Assembly (NCBI GenBank): GCA_043805855.1 | Contig: JAZDHP010000031.1 | Span: 1-33,870 of the forward strand | Reading direction: 5' to 3' | Source: Candidatus Micrarchaeota archaeon | GTDB lineage: Archaea; Micrarchaeota; Micrarchaeia; Norongarragalinales; UBA8480 | DNA length: 33,870 nucleotides | Shown here: in pieces, positions 17,020-27,030 of the stretch | Layout: each line of letters opens with the position of its first letter | Position numbering within the stretch: the stretch's first letter is position 1 | Translations under genes and position numbers: made by a program | The notes under the pieces: model-generated | Database searches by the model: none | What the model was told of the DNA's origin: nothing | Seen by the model: only the letters and a program-made list of their open reading frames with translations

Positions 17020-18137
17020 ACGTTGCCGTTGATGTAAACAATTTCAGCTGGTTTGAATCCATTGTAATGAGATGCTAGCCCGTTTGTGTATGCTCCAACT
17101 TGCGGTACGAGGATTAAATCGCCAACTTCCATTTCCGGTAACCATTCCTCGCGCGAAATAACATCGAAAGAATCGCAGGTTGGCCCTGCTAAAACGCATA
17201 GTTTCTTTCTGCCGCGCCTACTTGTAACGTAGTCGAACTTCCAGCCGGAGAATTTAATATCAGTTAACGAATTACTGGTGCCGTCGTCTAAATAGTACCA
17301 CATGACGTCTCCGCGCTTTGCTTTGCCAATAACTTTTGTTACCAGTGTGCCTGCATCTTTAACTAAAAACCTTCCAGGTTCGGCAATTAGTTCAATTCCA
17401 CTTTCTTTTGGAAAGTGTTCTTCAAGCGCCTCGTAAACTTCTTGTAATATTTTTGCACTGTCTACATTTTCATCTCCGAGAGGCGGAAAGCCACCGCCAA
17501 TGTCAAGAGTGTCAAGGCTAATTCCTTCTTTCTTAGCTTCTTTGAACAACTTTTTAGATAATTTAATCGCTTCAATGTAATCAGTTGCGCCTAGATTGTG
17601 AGAGCCGGCGTTGAAAGTTAAGCCAGTTGGGTTCAAGCCCATTTTCTTTGCCTTTAACAACAAGCGAATAGCGTGTTTTGGGTCAGCGCCGAATTTACTT
17701 GAAAGTTTGTACATTGAATTTGCATTTGAAACAGCTATGCGTAGGGTAACTTCGCTTTCAGGAGCGTAACGCGCGAGTTTCTTCAATTCGGCGTCGCTAT
17801 CGTAAACAAACCACTCGACTCCAACGTTGTAAGCGCGTACAATGTCTTCTTCCATTTTAACTGGGTTAGAATAAACCATGCGTGTTGCGTCTACGCCGAT
17901 TGATAAAAGGTATTCAATTTCTGCAAAAGACGCAACGTCGAAATTACTCCCGCAGTTGCGCAAAATGTTTAGAACTCCGCGGTGGCCATTTGCCTTTACA
18001 GCGTAGTGTACCTCTACTCGCGGCATGTACTTCTTGAAAGTATTGTAATTGTACTTAATGCGGTTCTCGCTGATTACAATCGTAGGAGTGCCGTGTTTAG
18101 CAGCTATTTTCTTAGCAGTCCTAAAGTCAATAATCAT
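17016..18137 (-). CDS. fold-type III PLP-dependent basic amino acid decarboxylase (ornithine/lysine/arginine)
   Basis: HYAVKAN, FDVAS, KFGA, DIGGGF, AEPGRF, GPTCDSFD, GAYT. Confidence 0.92.
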   Translation of the reverse strand: MIIDFRTAKKIAAKHGTPTIVISENRIKYNYNTFKKYMPRVEVHYAVKANGHRGVLNILRNCGSNFDVASFAEIEYLLSIGVDATRMVYSNPVKMEEDIVRAYNVGVEWFVYDSDAELKKLARYAPESEVTLRIAVSNANSMYKLSSKFGADPKHAIRLLLKAKKMGLNPTGLTFNAGSHNLGATDYIEAIKLSKKLFKEAKKEGISLDTLDIGGGFPPLGDENVDSAKILQEVYEALEEHFPKESGIELIAEPGRFLVKDAGTLVTKVIGKAKRGDVMWYYLDDGTSNSLTDIKFSGWKFDYVTSRRGRKKLCVLAGPTCDSFDVISREEWLPEMEVGDLILVPQVGAYTNGLASHYNGFKPAEIVYINGNV

Positions 18138-18263
18138 TTTGTTTTTTTACAAACGTTTTAAGCACAACTCGCTTAAAAACATAACGGAAAAAGCCGGTGA
18201 AAAGTTTTTCAGAAAATTCTTTTTCTCTATGTTTTAAAAGCAAAGCAAGTCCAATCTATATTT

Positions 18264-19148
18264 ATGAAATTTAACTCGCTTGGCCCGCATAATTTTTGCG
18301 GTGTTAAAAGTAATTTTGAAAAATCAAAGGCAATTGTAATCCCGGTGCCCTACGATTCAACTGCATCTTACCGCGCAGGAACGCGTGAGGGGCCAAATGC
18401 AATTATTTCCTCTTCTCGGCAACTTGAATTGTTTGATTTGGAACTCGACAAAAATATTTTCGACGAAGTTGGAATTTACACTCTAGATGAACTTGAACCA
18501 AACGTAGATTCGCCGCGTAAAAATTGCGACAACGTTCGCAACGCAGTTGAATACGTCGTTGAAAATAACAAGTTACCCATTGTACTTGGCGGCGACCACT
18601 CAATTACATTCGGCAGTGTTGAAGCGGTTAAAAAGAAGTTTCAAAACGTTTCCATATTGCACTTCGACGCGCATTCTGACTTGCGAGATGAGTTTGATGG
18701 TTCAAAATATAGTCACGCTTGTGTAATGCGCCGTGTGAGTGAACTGGGGGTAAAAATAGTGCAAGTTGGCATTCGCAGTACTGAAGAAGAGTGCCAGGAT
18801 TATATTGCAAAAAATAAGGATAAGTTCAAAGTTTTTCCAGCGCACGAAAAAGCAAAATGGAAAACTAAAGATATTTTAGCGGGTTTAACTGATGAAGTTT
18901 ACATTTCTTTTGACGTTGACTGTCTTGACCCTTCAATAATGCCAGCAACTGGAACGCCCGTTCCAGGCGGGTTGCTTTGGGCTGACGTTGTGGAAATTCT
19001 ACGCGAAGTTAGCGCAAAGAAAAAAATCATTGCATGTGATTTCGTTGAGTTAATGCCATTGCCTGGTTTCCATGCGCCTGACTTTCTCGTTGCTAATCTG
19101 GTGTACAAAACCATTGGTTACGCGCTTTTAACTGGTCAAAAAACTTAA
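18264..19148 (+). CDS. speB: agmatinase (ureohydrolase)
   Basis: GTREGP, GGDHSIT, HFDAHSD, SHAC, DVDCLDP, TGTPVPGG. Confidence 0.92.
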   Translation: MKFNSLGPHNFCGVKSNFEKSKAIVIPVPYDSTASYRAGTREGPNAIISSSRQLELFDLELDKNIFDEVGIYTLDELEPNVDSPRKNCDNVRNAVEYVVENNKLPIVLGGDHSITFGSVEAVKKKFQNVSILHFDAHSDLRDEFDGSKYSHACVMRRVSELGVKIVQVGIRSTEEECQDYIAKNKDKFKVFPAHEKAKWKTKDILAGLTDEVYISFDVDCLDPSIMPATGTPVPGGLLWADVVEILREVSAKKKIIACDFVELMPLPGFHAPDFLVANLVYKTIGYALLTGQKT

Positions 19149-19284
19149 TTGGTCCAACGTTACTTTTTTATTCTCTTGTTTGGCTATTACTTTTACGAAT
19201 TTTTGAAAACAGTTTAACCTCTAATTATGGCTTTTAACTTTTAATTAGCGGGCTAATTTGTTACATAAGGGTGAATTATAAAAT

Positions 19285-20922
19285 ATGGCACAGATTTCAA
19301 GTGGACAGGTTTTACCTGAGGGGAGCAATCGCGTTCTCGGTAGAGATGCGCAGCGTACTAACATTGCAGTTGGATACGCAGTTGCACAAATGATCAAGAC
19401 TACGCTTGGCCCTCGTGGGATGGACAAGATGCTTGTAAGCGAACTAGGCGATATTATAATTACAAACGACGGCGCGACGATTTTGAAAGAGATGAACATC
19501 GAGCACCCAGCTGGCAAAATGATGGTTGAAATTGCAAAAACGCAGGACAGCGAAGTCGGCGATGGTACAACCACGGCAGTCGTAATTGCAGGTGAGTTGC
19601 TCAAGCAGTCAATTGAACTTCTTGACAAAGACGTCCACGCTTCTACAATTATCAATGGTTATAAAATGGCAACCAAGCGCGCAATGGAAGAGTTGCAGGT
19701 TATAGGTGAACCAATTAAGCTAGGCGATAAAACTAATCTGGAAAAAATCGCAAGCATTGCAATGGGCTCTAAAACAGTTGGCGTCGGTACTGGAAAAGAC
19801 GTGCTAGCTGAATTAGTTGTAAGGGCAATTTCGCAAGTTGCAGAGCAATGTAATGGCGCAATTACAATTGACAAAGATTACATTAAGCTAGAGAAAAAGA
19901 AAGGCGGCGACGTGTTGCAAACGCAACTCATCAACGGCGTGCTAGTTGATAAAGAAGTTGTACACCCCGGAATGCCTAAGAAATTAGCCAATGCAAAAAT
20001 CGCACTTCTTGATTTAGCGCTTGAAATTGAAAAAACCGAAGTTGATGCGAGGATAAACATTTCTTCACCCGAACAAATGACTGCTTTCCTCGAGCAAGAA
20101 GAGAAAATGCTTAAGACTATGGTTGACAAAGTTGTCAAAAGCGGCGCCAATGTTTTATTCTGTCAAAAGGGCATTGACGACGTTGCACAGCACTACCTTT
20201 CAAAAGCAGGTATACTAACTTGCCGTCGGGTAAAGAAAAGCGACATGGAGAAACTAAGCCGTGCAACTGGCGGACGCGTTGTTACAACGTTAGACGACTT
20301 GAGTTTGAAAGATTTAGGCAACGCTGGTTCAGTTGAAGAGAAAAAAGTCGCAGGGGAGCAAATGACCTTTGTAGAAAACTGCAAAGATCCCAAAGCAGTA
20401 ACGTTGCTCGTAAGAGGCAGTACTGATCACATAGTTGACGAAGCCGAGAGGGCAATTGTCGACGCAATTGGCGCAACGTCAAGCGCAATTGAAGAAGGTA
20501 AATATGTAACTGGCGGCGGAAGCACTGAAATGGAACTCGCTGCTCGACTACGTAAATACGCAGTTGAAGTTGGTGGGCGCGAACAACTTGCAATTCAAGC
20601 ATACGCGGATGCATTGGAAATAATTCCCAAAACTTTAACCGAGTCAACTGGCATGGATGCGATTGACACACTTGTTGAACTACGCTCTAAACATGACAAG
20701 AAAGATGGCAAAGCGTATGGTGTTGACATTTACAGTGCAAAAGTTTCAGACATGAAAGCACTCAATGTAATTGAACCGCTTAAAGTCAAGAAACAAGCGT
20801 TGCAAAGTGCAAGTGAAGTTACGGAAATGATCCTACGAATCGACGACATAATCGCATCTCGCGGCAGGCCACAAATGCCACAAGGCGGCATGGGCGGCGG
20901 AATGCCGGGAATGGATATGTAG
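19285..20922 (+). CDS. ths: thermosome subunit (group II chaperonin)
   Basis: [31 protein letters not shown], Gly/Met tail. Confidence 0.97.
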   Translation: MAQISSGQVLPEGSNRVLGRDAQRTNIAVGYAVAQMIKTTLGPRGMDKMLVSELGDIIITNDGATILKEMNIEHPAGKMMVEIAKTQDSEVGDGTTTAVVIAGELLKQSIELLDKDVHASTIINGYKMATKRAMEELQVIGEPIKLGDKTNLEKIASIAMGSKTVGVGTGKDVLAELVVRAISQVAEQCNGAITIDKDYIKLEKKKGGDVLQTQLINGVLVDKEVVHPGMPKKLANAKIALLDLALEIEKTEVDARINISSPEQMTAFLEQEEKMLKTMVDKVVKSGANVLFCQKGIDDVAQHYLSKAGILTCRRVKKSDMEKLSRATGGRVVTTLDDLSLKDLGNAGSVEEKKVAGEQMTFVENCKDPKAVTLLVRGSTDHIVDEAERAIVDAIGATSSAIEEGKYVTGGGSTEMELAARLRKYAVEVGGREQLAIQAYADALEIIPKTLTESTGMDAIDTLVELRSKHDKKDGKAYGVDIYSAKVSDMKALNVIEPLKVKKQALQSASEVTEMILRIDDIIASRGRPQMPQGGMGGGMPGMDM

Positions 20923-20939
20923 TTGCCGTAAATAAGTTT

Positions 20940-21020
20940 CTACTTTTCTTTTTTCTTTTTATTTTCTTTTTTTTTATCTAATTCTCTGTTTCGCTTTTTT
21001 CTGTTCGTCCACTTTTTTCA
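20940..21020 (+). terminator. oligo-T terminator tract
   Basis: T-rich run after the thermosome stop. Confidence 0.55.
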
Positions 21021-21060
21021 TAGCAAACATTAAATATATATACGATTAAACTCATTATAA

Positions 21061-21276
21061 GTGATTATAGTGAAGGTTAGATTTACTTGGCATGCAGAAT
21101 ATGAATCAATGCCAGATGACAATATAAGTCATGAAGAAGTTAAGGAAACTCTTCGTAAATCGGAACGCACTATTAAGCTAAATGACAAGAAGTTTAAGTT
21201 CCTCTATAAGGATATTGAAGTTGTAGCGCAACGTGAAAGTGGGTATTGGCTTGTGATAACCTGTTATCGAGTATAG
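21061..21276 (+). CDS. DUF4258-like (RelE/BrnT-fold) putative toxin
   Basis: RFTWHA...ISHEEVKETL...LVITCY; upstream of a Zn-ribbon partner. Confidence 0.65.
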   Translation: MIIVKVRFTWHAEYESMPDDNISHEEVKETLRKSERTIKLNDKKFKFLYKDIEVVAQRESGYWLVITCYRV

Positions 21277-21284
21277 TGATTGTT

Positions 21285-21614
21285 ATGAAATGTCCAATAT
21301 GTGAAAAAGGTTCTTTGAGCAAGAAAACAGTTGACGGCCTTAGGCACGGCTTGTTTATTGGACACTTTAAAGCGCTAGTTTGTGGTTCCTGTGGAGAACA
21401 GATTTTTGACGAGGCTGAAGGTCGTAAAATAGAGAAGAAAATAAAAGAAATGGGACTGTGGGGTCGGCAAGAGTCTACAATTTACAAAGTCGGCGGTAAC
21501 CTGGCGCTTGGTATTAAAAAAGCGTTGGCTGATTCATTAGGGTTAACTAAAGGCAAAAAGGTTAGAGTAATTCCACAGATAAGCCAAAAGCGATTCATCG
21601 TGGAAGTATCTTAA
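21285..21614 (+). CDS. YgiT/MqsA-type Zn-ribbon fused to AbrB-like domain (putative antitoxin)
   Basis: MKCPIC...CGSCGE followed by IYKVGGNLALGIKKALADSLGLTKG. Confidence 0.78.
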   Translation: MKCPICEKGSLSKKTVDGLRHGLFIGHFKALVCGSCGEQIFDEAEGRKIEKKIKEMGLWGRQESTIYKVGGNLALGIKKALADSLGLTKGKKVRVIPQISQKRFIVEVS

Positions 21615-21649
21615 GAAATTATCTATAGTTTCTATTCTTATTCTTTTTC

Positions 21650-22534
21650 TTAAATTCGTTTTGCAGTTCGTTTCTCTTCCATTTGGCTTAATTTAGCCTC
21701 AATGCTAGGCGCTAAACTTTTTATCCACATTTTGCCCTTTTCGGTAAAGCCACGCTGTGTTAGAAATCCTCTTTTTTCAAGGGAGTGCAGAATAGCGCCT
21801 GCAAATAACGGGTCATACGGTCCTTGGGCATGCAGTGCAATCCATCCATCTGCGCCGTATTTTTTAACTGCTTTTCTGACAACAAGCATCCGGCTATGGT
21901 CAAGTAAGTTCAAGGCAGCTACGCTGCCACCTATTACGGCAGCCACTCCGTAATGTTCAGAGCCTATCTCGCCAATAAATGCGGGGGTAGCCATAGTGGT
22001 TGGGATAATAGAGCTGCCGGTTAATTTTCTAGAAGGCGTTGCCACTGCAACTGCAGTTGGTTCATATTGTCGGTAATATCCTAGGTGTGTTGCTGTGTTT
22101 AATAGTATTTGAGTTGCGTGCAGCAATTCATGTGTTTCAATATCTTTTCTTTTCGTTAATGCGGAAGGGTTCGCTATGGATGTTAAGAAACCTCCGTTAC
22201 TTTTAGCTAAATATACTAGGTGCGTATCTGAAGTGTAAAAATTGCTATCGTCAACAGAATGTTCGTGAATTTCGGGAATTAGCCGCTCTCGGTTTATTTT
22301 AGTTAATTCAGATAGCCTATGAAATACTTGCATTGGCAAAGAATCATTAGGTATAGAAACGCCGCTTGATCTAACTTGGGCTTCTTTTTTAACTCTTTTC
22401 CTATAATCGTGTGAAGCTGCAAAATTTATTGGATTAACTATTGCTAAAGTGGCTAAGTCAAATGGAGCCATTAAATGGGTGGTTAGCCGCAACGGGCTCC
22501 AGCGCAGTGGACTCTTTTGTTCCAATTTTTTCAT
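21650..22534 (-). CDS. hypothetical protein with HExxH zincin motif
   Basis: ETHELLHATQ with downstream E (YEP); basic termini. Confidence 0.6.
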   Translation of the reverse strand: MKKLEQKSPLRWSPLRLTTHLMAPFDLATLAIVNPINFAASHDYRKRVKKEAQVRSSGVSIPNDSLPMQVFHRLSELTKINRERLIPEIHEHSVDDSNFYTSDTHLVYLAKSNGGFLTSIANPSALTKRKDIETHELLHATQILLNTATHLGYYRQYEPTAVAVATPSRKLTGSSIIPTTMATPAFIGEIGSEHYGVAAVIGGSVAALNLLDHSRMLVVRKAVKKYGADGWIALHAQGPYDPLFAGAILHSLEKRGFLTQRGFTEKGKMWIKSLAPSIEAKLSQMEEKRTAKRI

Positions 22535-22741
22535 AAGTTTAAAGAATCAATTTGTAATTTTAACTGTTTAGTTTAAAGCATCCTTTATTTTTTCTTATTT
22601 TTCTCTTTATTTTATTTCTTTTCGTCTACTTTACGCGCCGTTAAAATTAACTACGTTGCATCGGTTAGATTATTTGTATTAAAACAAGTTATACGCGTTA
22701 AACTTATATATATGAATTAAACTAATTGTGGTGTACTGGAT

Positions 22742-22993
22742 TTGGGTAAGATTGAATTTGTTTTTTCAAAGCATTTTAAGTATGATAAAAAAATAGATCC
22801 AGAACTGGCGGTAGATTGTGTATAAACGGACAGCAAAGAAGCTGAAGATAATTTAGGTAAGTTTATTGCTTGTAAAAAATATCGCGCAGGGGAATTGAAA
22901 GTAGTTTACAGAGATTGCAGTGATGTGATTTTTGTGATAACAGCATTTTGGAATGAACGAGGTAAAAGAAATGACTTTAAATTTAGATGGTAG
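22742..22993 (+). pseudogene. DUF4258-like toxin interrupted by a single in-frame TAA
   Basis: Manual translation: MGKIEFVFSKHFKYDKKIDPELAVDCV*TDSKEAEDNLGKFIACKKYRAGELKVVYRDCSDVIFVITAFWNERGKRNDFKFRW; stop at 22823-22825. Not in the ORF track. Confidence 0.7.
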
Positions 22994-23297
22994 GGAATGC
23001 GGGTTTTGTCTAAAAGGTAAACTGCATTTTTTCAAAGACGAAGCCTTTCCCGGTATATTTGTAGATTCGTACAAGTGCGATGTTTGTAAAGAGATTGCTT
23101 ACACTCAAGAAGTAATGGGCAAAGTTGAAGCGATGCGACGCGGCGACTCCGAGACGCGTAGTTTAATCAAAATCGGGGCTTCTCTTGCCATTTCTATTCC
23201 AGTTGAAATAGTAAAAAGGCTTAAATTAAAGCCAAAGGGAAAAGTTTACATAAGTGCAAAGGGAAACGAAATAATTGCGAGAGTAGCACGAGGTTAA
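22953..23297 (+). CDS. Zn-ribbon plus AbrB-like putative antitoxin
   Basis: CGFC...CDVC then LIKIGASLAISIPVEIVKRLKLK; same architecture as 21285-21614. Confidence 0.78.
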   Translation: MNEVKEMTLNLDGRECGFCLKGKLHFFKDEAFPGIFVDSYKCDVCKEIAYTQEVMGKVEAMRRGDSETRSLIKIGASLAISIPVEIVKRLKLKPKGKVYISAKGNEIIARVARG

Positions 23298-23387
23298 TTA
23301 TTTTTTGCAAATCATTTTATACTTTGCCTGTTTATTTTTTTCTAATTAAGTGCATTTAGAATTAATTGCAATCAAGAGGGGATTTTT

Positions 23388-24356
23388 ATGGCTCAAATTA
23401 AGGAATTTATGAAAAAACATTACAAGCACTTCAATGCAGCTTCGCTTGTCGACGCTAGCCAAGCTTATTGTGACTTACTTGACAACGGCGGAAAAATGTT
23501 CTTCACGATGGCCGGCGCAATGAGCACAGCTGAAATTGGAATTAGTCTTGCTGAAATGATTCGCAAGGATAAAATCCACGCGATTACGTGCACAGGCGCT
23601 AACTTAGAAGAAGATGTGTTTAACCTCGTTGCAAATTCACAGTATACTCGTGTTCCACATTATCGTCAGTTATCTCCCAAGGATGAAACTGACCTTTACA
23701 ATAAAGGGTTAAACCGGGTTACTGATACTTGCATTCCAGAAGAAGAGGCAATGCGCAAAATTGAAAGAGAAATCCTCGCGCTGTGGATGAAAGCGGACAA
23801 AGCAGGTCAGTCGAAATTGCCACACGAGTTTTTCTACGAGTTGCTCAAAAGCGGCGTGTTGAAAAAACACTATGATATTGACCAGAAGAATAGTTGGCTA
23901 CTCGCGGCAATGGAAAAGAACTTGCCCATTTTTGTCCCTGGTTGGGAGGATTCAACGCTAGGTAACATGTTCGTTTCCAACGTAATCAAGGGCAACATCA
24001 AGAACCTCAACACCGTGAAAGGCGGACTTCATTATATGCATGAATTAATTGCGTGGTACAAGAAGGAATCTGCAAAGCAAAAAATTGGGTTCTTCCAAAT
24101 CGGCGGCGGAATTGCAGGAGACTTTCCAATTTGTGTTGTGCCATTGTTAACTCAAGATTTAAAGCAAAAAGTTCCGCGCTGGAGTTACTTCTGTCAAATA
24201 AGCGACTCAACAACAAGCTATGGCTCTTACTCCGGTGCTGTGCCCAACGAGAAAATCACTTGGGGTAAGCTTGAAGAAGAAACGCCTAAGTTCATAATTG
24301 AAAGCGACGCTTCAATCGTAGCGCCGTTGGTATTTGCATATGTGTTGAACTGGTAA
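23388..24356 (+). CDS. deoxyhypusine synthase-like protein (DHS / DHS-like homospermidine synthase family)
   Basis: TGANLEED, NRVTD, GGGIAGD, GSYSGAVPNEKITWGK (catalytic Lys), SDASIV. Confidence 0.9.
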   Translation: MAQIKEFMKKHYKHFNAASLVDASQAYCDLLDNGGKMFFTMAGAMSTAEIGISLAEMIRKDKIHAITCTGANLEEDVFNLVANSQYTRVPHYRQLSPKDETDLYNKGLNRVTDTCIPEEEAMRKIEREILALWMKADKAGQSKLPHEFFYELLKSGVLKKHYDIDQKNSWLLAAMEKNLPIFVPGWEDSTLGNMFVSNVIKGNIKNLNTVKGGLHYMHELIAWYKKESAKQKIGFFQIGGGIAGDFPICVVPLLTQDLKQKVPRWSYFCQISDSTTSYGSYSGAVPNEKITWGKLEEETPKFIIESDASIVAPLVFAYVLNW

Positions 24357-24371
24357 ATTGTATTTGTTGAT

Positions 24372-25487
24372 TTAACGCATTTTAAAACGTAAACGTAAGT
24401 TTGTTTCATCTTCTATTTGTTTTATCCTTTGCCTTTTAACTTTAAAATGGTCTCCAATTTCTTGCAATGTGTGCCCAAACACGTGACGGAGCGTCCAAAT
24501 CGCAGCGTGGGATGGTTTAATTTTTCTACGCTGGTATAATCTAAACATATGTTCTAGCGCTTCTTTAGGCATATTATCTTCTTTTGCCGGAGTACCTAGC
24601 TTATCGTACAAGGTTCTCTCGTCATCCGGACGTTGCGGTTGGTCAAGTGAAACGGGTAGCCCATGTCGCCTTCTTTTTCTAACTTCAGCACCTATTTTAC
24701 CCGCAATAGCGCAAAAAGCATAATTACTTAATGTGCCCTTAGTTGGGTCATGTGCTTCTATGGCACGAACTAGTGCAATTTGGCCTAATTCAGCTGCTTC
24801 TTCTCTTGAAATATATGCTCGCCAGTCTTTCGGTAAGTATCGATGTCCACGGTTAAGCGTTGCATGAATTAAACCAGCGTTGCCTTCAATATCTTCCTCT
24901 CTTGCGACCCTCTGTTTAATTGCAATATTTTTAACTCCTTTTTTAATTAATCCTTGTTCTCTCAGATGGTTAAATGCGCTTTGTACTTTTCTATGCGCTT
25001 TATTCACAATCTCCCAATCTATTTCATTGCTAGTTTGTCCCGCAATTGCCTTTGCAATTTCCAATATTTTGTATTTACCTTTAGGAGTTATAAATCTAGG
25101 GGCTAAATCAAGCACTTGTTGTTGAAAAGTACTTAATGGCGTTGGTTCTTCAGGGAGGTTTGTTAATTTTCCATGCGCTTTCAAAGCCATTATTGAGAGA
25201 CTTACTTGATGTGTAAGTCTTTTCATTTCCTCGAGTGAAGGTTTTCTGGATTGTGGAAGCGTTTTTGCTATTTCTTTAGTTTTAAACTTTTCCCCCCATC
25301 TGAAACTAGGCGCAAGTTCACAAACTTGCAAGTCAAATTCAGTTAACTCCCTTGGCGGTTTGTATGGTTCACGGGGCCGTTTTGGCTGTTTATTTATCGC
25401 TTCGGATATTTCTTTTGTGTGTAAAGCTAAAGCGCGTAAATCTTGGTAAGTACGGCCTTTGAAATATTCTTTAATTGGGTGGTGCAT
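24372..25487 (-). CDS. sigma-70-like protein (regions 2, 3-linker, 4) with two N-terminal wHTH-like repeats
   Basis: IEGNAGLIHAT...GQIALVRAIEAHDPTKGTLSNYAFCAI, VSLDQPQRPDDERTLYDKL, TLQEIGDHFKVKRQRIKQIE. ATG 25487 used; ORF extends to TTG 25508. Confidence 0.8.
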   Translation of the reverse strand: MHHPIKEYFKGRTYQDLRALALHTKEISEAINKQPKRPREPYKPPRELTEFDLQVCELAPSFRWGEKFKTKEIAKTLPQSRKPSLEEMKRLTHQVSLSIMALKAHGKLTNLPEEPTPLSTFQQQVLDLAPRFITPKGKYKILEIAKAIAGQTSNEIDWEIVNKAHRKVQSAFNHLREQGLIKKGVKNIAIKQRVAREEDIEGNAGLIHATLNRGHRYLPKDWRAYISREEAAELGQIALVRAIEAHDPTKGTLSNYAFCAIAGKIGAEVRKRRRHGLPVSLDQPQRPDDERTLYDKLGTPAKEDNMPKEALEHMFRLYQRRKIKPSHAAIWTLRHVFGHTLQEIGDHFKVKRQRIKQIEDETNLRLRFKMR

Positions 25488-25540
25488 ACTTAGATTACAT
25501 TTTTGCAATTTATCTAAGTTGCGTTACTTTCGTATATAGA

Positions 25541-26977
25541 TTAAATCACGTCAACGTCGTGCGAGTGGCTTTCTCGTAACCCCGCGTTTGTGATTCTCAC
25601 AAATTGCGCGTTTTGCCACAATTCTTTAATCGTGTGTGCGTTTGAGTAGCTCATTCCACTACGTAGCCCGCCGATTAAATGTGCGATTATTTCTTTTGCA
25701 GAGCCGCGGTAGGGAACCATTGACTCAACTCCCTCTGGAATGCGGTCGCTATCCTTTAGCCCCTGCAGCGCAGTCCACGATGCCATGCCGTGGTACATTT
25801 TGTAACGTTTACCATTGCGCGAAACTATTCTTCCAGGTGACTCGTCTGTACCTCCGAACATTTGGCCAAACATACCGCAACTCGCACCAGCTGCCAACGC
25901 TTTTACCAAATCTCCAGACGTGCGCATACCGCCATCCGCAATTACCGGCACCTCGCTCTTGTGCGCCTCACTAGCGCAGTTCAACACTGCAGTTAACTGC
26001 GGTACTCCTGTTCCTGCAACTAAGCGAGTCGTGCAAATACTACCCGGTCCAACGCCAACTTTTATACAATCCGCGCCAGCTGCGATTAAATCCCGCGCAC
26101 CGCCGGCAGTAGCTACGTTGCCTGCAATTACCTCGCAACCGTATTCTTTTTTCAACCATGTGACTATCTCAGCAACGTGTTCCATGTGTCCATGTGCAAC
26201 GTCAACTGCAATTACGTCAGGCTCAGCTGCCATTATGGCCTCTGTGCGTTCCTTGTAATCTCCCCTAATGCCAATTGAAGCACCGCAACGTAGCCTGCCT
26301 TTCTTGTCGCGATTTGCATTTGGATAATGCTGCTTACGCAAAACGTCACGCGCGGTAACTAAACCGCGTAATACGCCTTGTGTGTCTATAAGGGGTAATT
26401 TTTCAACTTTGTTTTTTCTCATTATTTCAATTTGCTCTTCGCTTGTCGAGCCATAAGGTGCGCTGACAAAATCTCGTGTCATTACGTCGCTTACCATTTT
26501 CCCGCCGGTTTCAAAAGTTAAATCGCGGTTAGTAAGCATGCCAACAACTTTTCTCTTTTCATCTACAACAACTAGCCCAGAAACTTTGTGTTCTTCGCGA
26601 ATTGCCATTGCGCGTTCAATAGTGTCATCTGGCCGCACGGTAAACGGCCGTTCAATTATTGTATTTTCACTGCGTTTTACTTTTTCAATTTCCTGCACTT
26701 CGCGTTGTATTGTCAAATTACGGTGTATAATTCCAAAACCGCCTTCCTGTGCAAGCGCAATTGCCATTGCGCTTTCAGTAACTGAATCCATGTTGGCAGA
26801 TACAAGTGGAACTTCGAGTTCAATTGTTTTAGTTAAATGAGTTGACGTATCAACGTCCATTCTCGATGCAATTGTTGAACGCTGGGGAACAAGTAACACG
26901 TCGTCAAAAGTAAAAGCTTCGCCGATAATTTTGCCCGCAATAGCACTAGTTTGTATTTGCAACTCCACGAATTTCAA
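25541..26977 (-). CDS. guaB: IMP dehydrogenase with CBS pair
   Basis: [41 protein letters not shown]. Confidence 0.95.
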   Translation of the reverse strand: MKFVELQIQTSAIAGKIIGEAFTFDDVLLVPQRSTIASRMDVDTSTHLTKTIELEVPLVSANMDSVTESAMAIALAQEGGFGIIHRNLTIQREVQEIEKVKRSENTIIERPFTVRPDDTIERAMAIREEHKVSGLVVVDEKRKVVGMLTNRDLTFETGGKMVSDVMTRDFVSAPYGSTSEEQIEIMRKNKVEKLPLIDTQGVLRGLVTARDVLRKQHYPNANRDKKGRLRCGASIGIRGDYKERTEAIMAAEPDVIAVDVAHGHMEHVAEIVTWLKKEYGCEVIAGNVATAGGARDLIAAGADCIKVGVGPGSICTTRLVAGTGVPQLTAVLNCASEAHKSEVPVIADGGMRTSGDLVKALAAGASCGMFGQMFGGTDESPGRIVSRNGKRYKMYHGMASWTALQGLKDSDRIPEGVESMVPYRGSAKEIIAHLIGGLRSGMSYSNAHTIKELWQNAQFVRITNAGLRESHSHDVDVI

Positions 26978-27030
26978 CCCCCAGATAGCGTTACTGCTGG
27001 AAATTTTTTAAACCCTTCGCTAATATGCTG

